A stretch of 55,522 bases of DNA, the filler included, from Platydemus manokwari (taxonomy: Eukaryota), in assembly GCA_037951405.1 (NCBI GenBank). It is 5 parts of 5 records of this genome, joined end to end, with 100 filler letters (N's around TTAATTAATTAA, not from the genome) between each part and the next. Parts side by side here need not be neighbours in the genome. Positions count along the whole stretch, not along the records: positions 1 to 13,647 come from JBBMOY011656959.1; 4 more parts are not named here. The stretch is one strand, 5' to 3'. Numbering within the stretch: position 1 is the first letter of the stretch; every line of letters starts with the position of its first letter. Shown here one piece after another: positions 1 through 12,650 of this stretch. Under the pieces are notes generated by a model. It was not told the DNA's origin, searched no databases, and was given only the letters and a program-made list of their open reading frames with translations. Position numbers and translations under genes: made by a program.

Positions 1-201
1 CGGAGATGCCATGATCGAGTTTTTTAATTCCAAAGACGAGACTTTCTATAAAAATGGTATCCAAAACTTGGTTTCACATTGGCAGCAAGTTATTGAAGCA
101 GATGGGGGAATATGTAAATGATTAAATAAATCTCAATCAAAATCTTTTTCAATTTTATTCTTTTAAAAAAAAACGGACATTACTTTTCGGATGACCTAAT
201 A
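1..201 (+). mobile_element. 3' end of a mariner (Tc1/mariner) DNA transposon: transposase C-terminus plus right TIR and TA
   Basis: Frame from nt 2 reads GDAMIEFFNSKDETFYKNGIQNLVSHWQQVIEADG, the typical mariner C-terminus (EFF.SK...FY..GI..L..RW..V). Removing one G from the G run restores the usual ...DGEYVND* ending, so the copy is frameshifted. It is followed by a TIR-like sequence at about 170-199 (revcomp TTAGGTCATCCGAAAAGTAATGTCCGTTTT) and TA at 200-201. Confidence 0.85.
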
Positions 202-3200
202 TTATAAATGATGTATGATTTTACAGGTATTATATCTTACTACGATTTCTTTTATTTTGGGCTTCGACTCCTTAGAACAAATATCAATATCCAGTAATTG
301 CTGGGCATAAACTTCTGAGAATAATGGCGAGAATTTGACTGGCTTTGACGGTTTGCAAATCGAATGTTTGGTCTTCGTATGTAAAACACTAAAGCTAGTG
401 GTTTCTAATATTAGGGCAAAGCTACTAATGTTATGAGCCTATTAGTACTGATTATATTCAGGGCTAATTTTCATTGAATTGAGGATCTTATTGATTTATT
501 CTAATGGATTTGCGTTTTTAATGCGGTTATTATCTTTGTTATAGTAATTCTCATTGTGTGGAAATCGTTATCAATATTGAGTTTTATTTATTATTTTGTT
601 ACCAAGCCAGAATATTGAAGCGATTTATTATTTCTATTTATCGTATATTTTATAAATGTCATATTTTATTTTCGATAAGAGTGAATTTTTTGACATTTAA
701 TGTGGGTAATTTATTTGTTACTAGGGACTTATTTTAAATTAGTTATTATTTTATTTGTTTTACTTTGCTACTATTTTATTCTGTTGAGGATGCACCTTCC
801 TCGTCTTAATCAACAAATATATTGAAATCCCAACATTAATCAACCATGTCTTTATCAACAAATCCCAAATTTAAATCCAAACATTATACCTTCATCGCCT
901 TCATCAGTAAATATATTGAAATCATAACATTAATCAACCCTGTCTTTATCAACAAATATTTATCAACAAATAATAATAACTGCAATAATAATACCAATAA
1001 AAGTACAAATTATAAAATAAGTTATATTTTATCTGATCAAAAAGAAAACGAAATAAATCAGATAACAAAGAAATAAAAATAATAATAACAAAAATCCATT
1101 ATATTCGATTTTTATCAGATTAAAAAGAGAACATTACGAATGATTAACAATAGAGAATAAATTTAGTAACAGCCATTGCGATGTAAAAATATGAGAAATA
1201 AAAAATAATATCAAAGAATAAAAATGGCGCCAGTCATAGAAACGGCACCATAGAAAACAGTATATAAAGCAAATGAAAAACATAGTATTCATCCCACCAC
1301 AATCACTTCGAGACAAGCGAACATTACACAGCACGAGTGACAATTCAAGCAGTATCCAGCAATCCTTCGAATTGGTTTTCTGACAGTATTCGTAAGCTTA
1401 TTTTTGATCATTGATTCAATGCGTAATTATTGATTAGTTCATCTCATCAGTTATTAAAAATCTTGTTGTTGTCTCCCTGATAATCTCCTTCCGGTACTCG
1501 GAATTTTGAGTATCAAGTAGTAATCTGTGTACTAGGCATTTGGCAAATTTGTTTTTGTTCTCTTTTATTGTTGCCTATTTTCGTTTCTTAAATAAATCAT
1601 TTAATTAATTAAAGGGTTATTTAGTGTTATCATTTTTGGTAAACAAGGTTATTATTACTATTCTAACTTATAGATTACTCTAATGTCAATGAGATATCAC
1701 AAGTCCTGGTTGCCACAGTTAATTATATCTCTCAGGGTTACCATTTTTAACCTTTTTTCAGTCTAGTTTCCGATAGCTTCGTCCTCATACGAGCTATTGA
1801 AGCCCTCGATGGAACCAGTAATATCACTAACCCAACCTTACCACACATCCAATATATAAAATAACCATAAGACTTTCCAGCATGATAAAAAAATATAATT
1901 AGAATAAAAATTGCTACGACAATAGACTGATACAGGGATGAGTTTTGTACAATATACCAAGATTAAGAATAAAAATTTCATGCACATATATTCAAATGGA
2001 TTCAATATCTCCAGATTATTGTCACATTGATTTTCATCAGCTTGATTTTTTAACCGTCTTTATTTTTTGTCTTTTTCATTATTTTTTTTTATTTTGCTGA
2101 AGTGTTATGTCTGTTTTCCTTTATGTTTCTATTTTTCGATTTATTTCATTCCTCTTCTATTTTTATATTAATTTTTTTATCTATTTTTGAATTTCTATAT
2201 ATTTTTTGCTATTACTTATTTTTAGGTTGTATTAATTTTCACGGATGACTCAAAGATATTTTACAGCTATTTACTATCAATATTGTAGGATCTATACTCA
2301 ACAGAACTTTGTCCCAATGATTGACTCATTTTAATTGGGCTTTGTCTGAGACGAAACCAGAAAGTCTTTGTCACCTTACAAGAGTGAGTTTGTTTGGAAA
2401 ATAGAAGAAGAAAGCCTCAATGAGCAGAAAATAATGACTTTGTCAATCACAAATAAAGCCGGACTAGGCGAGGGCAGTTAGGTTAAAAAGCAAAATACGA
2501 CTCAAGCATTTCCAAGTATTCCGTACAAAGCAAACAAATTGTACAAACAAGAATAATAACTAGAAATCTTTTATCGGCACAAATCGGAATTATAAATCAA
2601 ATACATTGATCATCAACACAAGGATCAACTTTCTTTAGTCTTTGCAGATAATCAGCCATTCAAAATATATTTAAAACAGGATTATCAATGATAAGACAGC
2701 GTTGTTTCTATCAAATAAATCGGGTTAAAATCTCGACCATATCTCCCACCTCACCTTCTTAAAGTTAACAGGTGCTGGACCATTAAGCAACACAAGTGAC
2801 AGTTTTCACTGAGACGCTAAGTTATTGGATTATATTATAACAAATTTAATTATTTATAATCATAAGACATTTTTATGTATTGTCATTGCGTTTGTCTTTT
2901 ATCGATTTTGATAATTATTATTGGTATAAATATAATGAAATTAGTGACAACAAGCGACCAGCATCTCAATTTATCAATAATTATCACCACTTAAAAAGTT
3001 TCAATTAATCCAAACACTTCCTTATTTTTGATAATTTTTTTTATTGAGATAAACAAGTCAAATGTGAAAAATCTGTGCTTTATCGTAATATTTTTACAAA
3101 TCATACAGTTGTACCTTGAGCTTCTCAATAGTCATAATAATCTTGTCATAATAATCATAATAAACATTCATCTCTTAGTTATCTAATTATTCGTTTATTT

Positions 3201-4458
3201 CTTCACAATAACACACAGCATCTTTTGCATTATCGATGGTGAACTGATTCCATATAACCTATTCATATTGTTTATCTTTAACTAAAATCTAGTAAATATA
3301 TATTTGGTATGTATCTGATTTCGATATCATTTGTTTTTATTAATCAATTTTCCATTCATTATTTATATAAATGTGTTTCTGAGCTATGTGTTTTGAAACA
3401 TGGTTTCTATATGGTATTGTGATGATACGATTTGATTATAAATTAAATTAAACAAATTAAATGATTTAATTAAAAAAACATTATTAATAACAATTTGGTT
3501 TTAACGGGCCATACGGGATTTAATTTCAAAAAACTGATCTACTACAACGAAATTCATATCAGTTTATGACCTAAACATATGAATGGAATTTCAAACATAG
3601 GTCAAACATATTATTCAGATAAAAATTAAACAAAACAATATCTATTATTATTCATAAGAGAAGATTTATGCACACATTCATAGGCGTAAATTTACAATTC
3701 AATAAACCGTGACAAATGAATTCAATGAAATAAATAGTTTCAATAATGTTTCACATTTGATTGAATATCATGAATATATGTGTGATCATCAATGATAGTT
3801 TGTTGATATGATTTGGAACAATTTAGAAATTAAATACAAACCAAATATAATCAAAATGTTTGAGGTGAAAAAATCAATAAATTATACTATTATCAATAAT
3901 TGATATTGATTTCGAAATTATAATTGCTAATATGGCCGTACAAACCTGGTTATAAATGGAAATTTCTGATTAATATTAGAATTTTCAATACTTGAAACAA
4001 GAATTCAAGATCTAATTCATAATTTGTTTTTTACGAGTTTAAAAGCAAATTAAATCCTCTCAAACCCTGGAACCATTTAATAACACTCAATAATGTTAGT
4101 AAATTTTAAATATTATTCTGAATATATTCTTGTAAAAGTCTCAAATCAAACAATAAATATTTCCCCATGATTCACTGATCTAAACTTGGCATTCACAACA
4201 TAAGGACCACTGGTTCAATCTTGAATCCATCTGTAAGTTTGAACCCAATCATTTGAAATAAATATTCTAGTTTATTTCAAAACATTAAGTATTCATAAAA
4301 CAGTCATTTCAAACGGTTAAAATTGCATATTTTAGAAATCAATATCTCACAAATTCTCAATTCTCTTTTGATCAATGAATCTTGGTCTACTAGATGTGTG
4401 TTGATAAACAAGAAACCTAACAGCTGTAATTAATCAACAATAAATAATCCCCCTCAAA

Positions 4459-4524
4459 CCAATTATCAACAACCAATCAAATTCGACCAATCACCAATAA
4501 CAACAATAATATTTATGACGTCAT
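4459..4524. promoter_or_regulatory. Cluster of four CCAAT boxes plus a perfect CRE palindrome
   Basis: CCAAT at 4459, 4473, 4487 and 4494; ATGACGTCAT at 4515-4524. No target gene identified. Confidence 0.3.
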
Positions 4525-4893
4525 CATTACCATACAAAAACAAAGTTGGAAAGCTAGTAATAATATTTATTTCCATCAGTAGCATAAATATAACATAAAT
4601 TGTTACCAAATATTATTTACGATAAATATTTACCAACACATAAATATTCGAATAAATAATGATAATAATAATAATAATGATATTGATAATTATAATCAGC
4701 TGACATCGATGCATAGAGAACGCAGTATTTTTATTATTAGGATAATCTAAAGCGAATTTAAGGCCGATTAAACAGTTTACAGAGATTAATTATCATTGAC
4801 AAAATGAAAAAATAAACACTAATTTCATATTTTCAACAAATAATTATATTACTGGCTTCTTAATAAATAATCGTATGGGCAATTCCATACGAA

Positions 4894-6630
4894 TTATAAA
4901 CGCCTCAATGCTTTTTTATGTTGTGGAATCGGTCGTTTCTGGCTACTGGGTTCGGACATGGTCGTTGGGTGATCGTTGGAATTTATCTTTTTGGCAACTG
5001 GCCCAGCATCGTTGCTGTCAGAATTGGTTTTCAATCTGATAGAAATCGAATTATATGTTGTGATAAAATTGTTCAGTATAAATTAATCATTGATGTATGA
5101 CTGCACATTGAAAACAGTTGATTTAATTCGTGACAAAAATAATTGGGAGGATAAAAATAAATCGCTCATTAGCAGAGAAAAAAAATAATCAGATATCCAA
5201 AAGCAAAAAGAATAAATTAAAATAAAAAAATAAAGGAAAAAATAAAAGTTATAAAAAATGTATGGGCTAAAGCAATATTTGTTATAAAAATAAAAATAAT
5301 TTCAAAGAAAATGAAATGCCGCTATGCATCGGTGAATTTGTCGATCAATGTTTGCTAAATTCGTAGAAATGTCAGTGGTGTAATGGAAATCTGCCTATAT
5401 TATCACCAGTGCATATCATAATCGTTTCCATTTCTCATCCAATTGCAACTGACTCATCACATGAATCACTGCTTGTACGTGTTTGTGTGTAGGTGCACAC
5501 ACATGAACTCTACAGATCAGGTGTATCCAACCAGATATACAGTGCTTGTTCAACAATATGCACACACACACACAGGCACGCGCGTACTATCTTAAAAATG
5601 ATGGTACGCGGTAAACATTGACAGAATAAATAAACCGACCAACTAAATCTGAAAGACAATCCAACAAGTATCGTGTTTGAAATCATTTAGTTTCATGTCA
5701 GAACAAAAAAAACATTTTATTCTGCCGTGGGAACCCGAAAGTAAATCACATAAAAAAGGTTTAAAAGATCTCAAAAACATTGATATTCTGATTTATCTCT
5801 CCTAGTATTATTTCTTTATTTATTAAAATTAATCCAAAAAACAATTTTCCAACTGGAAAAATTAATAGAATTGTAGCCCGTTTTAAAAAATTATTGATTT
5901 TTTCAGAGAAAATTATAATGTATAATTTGAAAATATAATTTGCCAACTTACATTGCGCTGATTGATGGATTATTCACGGAATTTGATACTTGTGGTTGAT
6001 CAGAAATAAAATTACCGGACCCGGTAACAGTTTGAGCAGCATAAATACTCGTAAATAATCGAGCACGTTTAGCATATTCTGAATAATCTTCCAATAACAA
6101 GTGACCGGCCTCTTCATTCAATGCCGATTCGGGATTGGGATAAATCAACAAACATTTGACTGTCTAAAAAATATTTCCCATCAACGTTAAGCTTGACAAA
6201 ATATCGATAGTAAATTTTAACTATTAAATTTATATATAATTGCAAATTCATACTAAAAGAATTTTCTTAATTCCAATATCAGCAGACCAATCTCTTTTCA
6301 ATGTATTGACACAGATTTCACCGTTTTTCGGTGATATATTTGGATGAAATATTTTCGTGATAAAAAACCCTTTTGGGGCTTGTTGTGGATATGAGTTGGA
6401 TAATGATATTCGTATTCTAAATTTTCCATTTTCATAAGGCGTATCGGTGGGACCGTCTATTATTGCCTAAAGTGAATAATATGATTCCATATCCTCTACA
6501 TTGTAAATACTTGAATATCAGTGATTTCTCTTTCGTTTGTTAATAATGTTATTCCTTCAATTGGGTTCGACATTAACTGGCGAATTTCTTGTCCTATCTT
6601 TTTTACAACATGAGGTAATAAGTTTTCCAT
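4894..6630 (-). CDS. UBE2S: Ubiquitin-conjugating enzyme E2 S (K11-chain E2 of the APC/C), 228 aa, 4 exons: 6630-6511, 6466-6254, 6163-5952, 5035-4894
   Basis: The spliced product begins [16 protein letters not shown]. It contains [35 protein letters not shown] (catalytic Cys) and [18 protein letters not shown], and ends GPVAKK...KKALRRL*, the UBE2S-specific tail. All three introns are GT-AG (44, 90, 916 nt) and the phases are consistent. Confidence 0.95.
5329..5750 (+). ncRNA. Candidate structured non-coding RNA of unknown family, antisense within UBE2S intron 3
   Basis: A GC-richer island in an otherwise A/T intron. A closing stem (5329-5355/5611-5638) encloses helices 5359-5466, 5478-5580 and 5581-5610. 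Two further hairpins follow at 5641-5692 and 5694-5729. Most non-Watson-Crick pairs are G-U on the plus strand. Confidence 0.5.
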
Positions 6631-9600
6631 TTTTAAATATCTGTAAATCTTATCAAAGTAAAGTCTAAAATGTATAATTATTAAAAGAATTCAAATTATA
6701 TAATATTACAATTTTTTATTTTATATGCAAAATATAAACAAATTTTAATTACTGAATTAATTTAATAAAAAATGTAAATCACATTTTAATTTTGACAAAT
6801 AAAGTTATTTTGATTTATACTAAAATATCTTTTGTTTAAGGATTTATTTAATCAATTGAGCTTTTAATCTGAATGAATATTGTCAGTTATTATTTAAATT
6901 ATTTTTTAAAAATTTTCTTGATGTTTATTCTTGAGATTGTTTAAGATTTTACAAATCAAGATAAATATCGAATTAATTTATTAGCGCAATATCACAATGT
7001 TTTCATATTTAGATATGTTGTCTAGATTATTTAATGTTTTCTGAATAATACATAACCATGCTCGAATTTCAAGGTGAAACTCAATTGGTTTTATAAAATT
7101 TTTCGAAATGACTTCTTGAGTTTACTTAAGATTACATAATTACATATGTTGATTCCATAATATGGGTGGTATTTTTTTAAGTATTTGATGTTATGGATTT
7201 TATGTAATTTAATTTAGTGATAATCATATAGCAACAAATTTAAAGATTGATTAAATTGAAAATTATATTAGTAAGAATAGAGATTAGATGGGAAGAGGTG
7301 CAATAAATAAACAAGGAGTAAGAAAATGATAACAAGAGAAGAAATAGTTATATAAAGAAAAATATCCTACAATTATACAAATTAAAATATAATTAAAAGT
7401 AATAAAAATATGCCAAATAATAATAAGCGAATTAAGCAATTTGGATTCGATGTGGAGTAAATTCCTTTGAAAAAGTAGCTGTTGTTGAGGTCTGGATATG
7501 GAGAATAACTGCGACCAAAACGTAGAAATCTGCATCTCATGTGTCTGTTCTGTTTGTTCAAGTTGTTTATTATGGTCAAAAGAACTTTAGCTCGTTTTTG
7601 AATAATGAGTTTAAATTAGGAATGCACTATTTCAAAATATTATTAGTGTCTATGCTGTGCCTGACTCCAAAGGCACAGTAAAAAAATAATGGCAATAAGT
7701 AGAAATAATTTAGGTAACGAATATATAATTTTCAAATCAAATGATGCTTAATAATCAATGTATAATAACCAGGTATTTAATACGCCTTTATTTTTAATTA
7801 TCAGTCATTGTTTTATTTAGGATATTAAGAAATCCTTGTATGAAAAGCTGCTAGGTCCTTCTGGTTGATTTTAAGCTTGTTAGGAGCTACAGAGTCCAGC
7901 AAATATTGAAGAGCAATATGTGATGAGTTTGAAAAAATTGAAGTAGTTAGTAAATAAGTGACTGGACTAGATTCAGGCCACTATTAGCTATGTTATTCAT
8001 TAAATTTATTATAGGAAGATTCATTGATAATTTTCAAATAATAATAAAATTAATGTTACTTTGTTGTAAATTTTCTATTGAAAATACTCTCTAATAATTC
8101 CTGCCAATGAAAGTAGGTTTTATATAATCCGTTATAAGTGGTGCTTAAAATCTTTAGCAATCGTATATAATAGTGCAATAATTGTAGGCGTATTGTTTTG
8201 AATAATTATGGGTGTTGTCTGGTTTTTCATGGTTTCTTCAATTCTAATTCTCTTCTTTTTAAACTAATTATCATTTTTTGTTGTTTTTATATTTTACCTA
8301 TACTACTTTCTGTATTGGTAAATTTTATTTATAGGTTTATTATATAGTATCAATTTTTGGAGGGTCTGATTCATGGTTGTTTAAAACATTTTATGTGGTT
8401 TTAATTATTGTTTATGTTTGGGTATTTGGTATCCAACATACCCATGCAATGCATAACTAAGTAGGTGAAAGATACCAAGAAACCATAACCTCCAATCCAA
8501 TAGAAATCTTGATCTTCGAAAATAGAATCAATATCAAATCTTATCTATATTTTGTTCTGTATAATTATTTTATATCTTTATCTGTACCTGGAACTATATA
8601 AACCAATGAAAATCCAGTTGGGACATATTAAAAATTACCACCAAGGTAGCTCTTGGTAACAAATGAAGGCTTAAAGAGATTAAGTTTAAAAAATAATCGA
8701 ATCTGTAATACTGACATTTGTGGATGACACAACAGAATTCTTGTGATAATCAATGGTAATAATAGAAGCTTTCGATTTAGACAATAGAATTATTAAATTT
8801 TTTGAGTGGGTGTGGTTTTTAAATTATTTGATCTATCTGGTTCTGACTTTATGTCACCGAATGGGCTTCGATAGTATGGATGAAGATTTTACTTTCTGTA
8901 ACTGGCTATCTAAAGGTTCCTTTATAAGTTTATAATTGAGTTCAACTGTACTGAATATAACCTAGGTTTTAACATTTACTAAATATATTCGATTACTAAT
9001 AAACGTTTAAAATAATATCGTCTAAATTGCAATTAATAATCAATATGATTGTTGAATTTGATTCTATACGATAACGACCTATACACAAAAAAGGAAGCTA
9101 TTTCAATGAAATTTTATTTGTGAATAGTCGAAAAATCACAAATTAAAAATCATAAAGGATTACGAAAAGATTTTTAGACAATGTCCAATGAACCACCTAA
9201 ATGAATTATTTGAAATTCAAAGCGGTTTGACAAAGTAAGAGGTTTGGATTTTTATTGTAGTTATTTAAACTTATATTGTTGAATTACCAAGGACTAGGTG
9301 ATAAAATTGAAGTCTAAATATAACTATTCTCACTTCTCTGCTCATATTAGTAGTTCAAAAAGATAGATTAATAAACGTGTTCTTCTTTTTTGTTAGATTC
9401 TATTCAAATTAACTTATTATTCGTTGTGATATTAGTGATAGTTATGAAGCTGGCAAAAATAAAAACTAAATGAAGTGATAAAGAACGCTCAAGACTGGAA
9501 AGAATTATGAAGAAATGATTCAAGTTCATACGTAATGTGTAGACAAACCGAGAATACAAATGAGTGAAAAAGAATGCTTCTGAGATAATTCAGAAATACA

Positions 9601-11859
9601 AGAAAAGCCTGCTAAGTCTGGAAAAGAAACAAAGTTTGTAGAGTTCTAGTCTAAAATTGGACACAATTAGAAAGACAACAAACTAGCTATTTTTTGAAGA
9701 AAGTGGTTTGGATGTTATTCTTGAATGGAAATCTAATTATATAAACGATTCCTTCAGAAATCTAGAAAATCCGATAATGGACATCTTAAATGCACAAGTG
9801 GAAGAATTTGTTCCAAGACAAATAGTAGTATTCAATAAACATCAAGAAGAAGAATTTACACCCATAAAAAGAATGATAAAGAAGAAGAAAGAATATTTCA
9901 TCATTCACATGAATACAGAACCACCATAAACCGTCATAAAAGATAGAAATAAGAAGAGAAAGTCAATTGATCCATGCAATACCATTAAATACATAATATA
10001 CCTTGTATTTCTCAATATACCAAGAAAGTTACAATGAAGTACATAGCATGAAAATCCGAAGGAAAATTGGAACAATTAGAGACACAAAGACACGTCTGCG
10101 GAAATACCGAGAAATATTTAGGATTTTTGTCACCAATACTAATCGAAATTTCAAGAACCATCAAAACATTTACTCTAATCATGATTATCGAAACCAGAAT
10201 TTTCAAAATCCCAATCAAAATGAGGAAACAACTAAAATTCTCAGCATAGTATAAAATTGACAAATCTGATGGGCATTGGAGAAAATATGCGTGAAACCAA
10301 TGAAATGATAATTAATATGTGTTTAATGATAAATTTTAATCAAATTGTGTGGGTGGTTGTCACTTTTATTATTATTATTTTTCAACCTCAAGTAATTGCT
10401 GTTGTTTAAAATGAAATGTTAATTACGTCATCCACACCTTCAATGGATGTGTTGGGTATTATAATCAATAATTTAAACCTGAAAATTATATTGCCAAAAA
10501 TGTAAAAATCTCAATCACAGCAACTACAGTTAAACCTCTTCTCAAATCACTATAGTCTATCACACAAGATGGGATCAGCACCCGAAATTCAAAGACAGAA
10601 TAGAAAACAACCAAAAAGACTGGTTGCTGAAAACCAAGCAAAGATTAATACACAAGTAACTGACTAAACAAGACTGGTAGTTAATCATGAAACTCAGCTT
10701 ATTTTATAGACCTATTAGATGTGTCTGTTTGATGTATCTGGTCTTCGTTTTTCATTTGCTGAATTCGTTCGGAAATCGGTCTGTTTGAAATTTTCCGAGT
10801 ATCTCTTATGCAATTGCCAGCTGTTTGAGTTTGCTTCTATTTGTAAGTACGTGCCTGTCGATTCTTAGCTTCTAAATACTGATTAATATTAAAACGAATC
10901 CGATTGGCTGAAGGCACATGTGTTTATAGGATCTGTGTCGACTTTTTTTAGGGTTACTTCCTTGGTTCCTGTGATCCTTTTGGTTGATTTGTGAACTAAC
11001 TAACTGATTTTACCCAGTCTAATCATTTAACTAATTTAATCTTTAATATTCTTATTAGCTCTATATAAATCAAGAGGGGTTACTGGAACATATAATCAAC
11101 ATCATGAACTCTTGTGACGAAAGTATAAATGACTCACAATCATTTCTATAGAAACAATAGCACCATATATTAAATAATACTTGTGATTGTTTTCTAATTA
11201 ACTAATTTTTATTTGATCATTGTTGTCTCTATTATTTAAATTATAATTTTATATATTAATTTGTATTTGCTATATCTTTAATTATATATTATTAAACATC
11301 ATTCGTTATTTTATTTGATGTCAGGTATCGCTTTATGATAATAATCATATTAATATATATGTTGGCACATTTTACTGAGCCTTGTCGAAGCTAAAATTCC
11401 TTAATAATAATATTACCATAAAGCCATTATAACCATCAAAAATAATAGTAACATCGTGACTAAAACAATTATTACATAATCGATAGAATTCCAAAATCTT
11501 TCAAGCAATTTATAGTTATAACAATTTTTCAGGTTGTGCCAATAAAATGTTTGATGAAATAAAAGAAAGATTGCCAGTAAATTATCAATTGGGAATGCAT
11601 ATAATGATCCATTTATTTTTCCAATCCGAAAATCGTGGTAAATTTTTCTGTTAAATACTCGAAACCGTTCGGAAAAATGTTTCTTATTTTATGAAATGGA
11701 GGAGAAAAAATAATAAAAAAAACATTAAAACGCTGTCAACAAATATCCGATAAAATGACCAAATAATGCAAACCTAGAATCATTTAAACACCCTTTTTTC
11801 ACTAGCTGATATCAACGACAGGACTTTGTTAACAAAGTTCTAATTCTTGTCGATTAATT

Positions 11860-12650
11860 AACCATTTCTGAAATTCTTTTCAGATTAATCGACTATAAGA
11901 AACAACAAGGATGATGGATTGAATTCTGGTTTATATTGATATGTTTTTAACTGCATTCATGTAATGCCAGCAACTCTGGGTTACACGCATACGGTAGCCA
12001 ACAGAGTAAGCTATTCAAATTATTCGCTGTTATTTTCATTGCTGTATATTGTTCAAGATAATTCTCTTTGACTCTTGCATATCCATTAGCATCAATTCGG
12101 ATTGGTCACAAAGAAAATTATTTTATTAATCGTGAAATTAAACATTTTGGATAATTGTTGTGAATGAATATGTAAGCCAAATACATGGAATCATCATTAT
12201 AAATTCAAAGTTTCCCCTAAGATTAATCTTAATAATTTAGATTCCTCATAATAGTCATCATATTATTGTACAAGCCTTTTACGTGAAATAATCCATTAAG
12301 AGATTTATAGCTCACAGATTTGACAATAGTGATAACATAAAATTATTGTTATTGTTATTATTAAAGGTACCTATCCTGCGAGATAAAATTCACTCGGGTA
12401 ACCCTTCTTTATGATCACAAATTCCCACACTTAAAAATAAACGGAAAATTGGTAAAGATTTTAGGTTCACGTATCTATTTAATTGAGCGACACTTACAAG
12501 ACTATAATGATATCCATGAACTTCACATAATGACAAGAAAATAGATAACGTGACTGCTTGATCGATAATTCTATAATGATGATTATTTATGGTTTCCACA
12601 ATATCATATCAGGAGTACGATTATAATCAGTGATTTCTGGGAATCTTGGA
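11860..12650 (+). mobile_element. Heavily decayed Ty3/Gypsy pol remnant (RNase H and integrase fragments)
   Basis: Broken-frame motifs in the Gypsy order: NASNSGL (~11964, DAS..GLG-like), LFAVIF and PLASI (~12020-12097, RNase H), then IYGFHNIIS (~12585) and ISDFWES (~12626, integrase core-like). Confidence 0.4.

Noticed and set aside
4184-4205. 12-nt match to the 3' half of miR-124 (GTGAATGCCAAG on the minus strand)
   Set aside because: No seed match and no proper pre-miRNA hairpin; likely chance.
5645-5745. Hammerhead-like CTGA..GA / GAAA words
   Set aside because: Core spacing is wrong, there is a G at the cleavage position and no stem I.
5948-5951. Apparent UBE2S stop after ...SISAM in the ORF track
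   Set aside because: The TAA is part of a GTAAGT donor; splicing to 5035 restores the conserved KKALRRL end.
7280-10960. Short ORFs and retroelement-like fragments (including 9708-9929 and 10003-10254)
   Set aside because: Probably decayed TE sequence, but no motif was clear enough to assign a family or support a gene.
12245-12325. GCCTTTTAC (U5 snRNA loop I motif) in a weak hairpin
   Set aside because: Loop register is off, stems are poor, there is no convincing Sm site, and it lies within retroelement debris.
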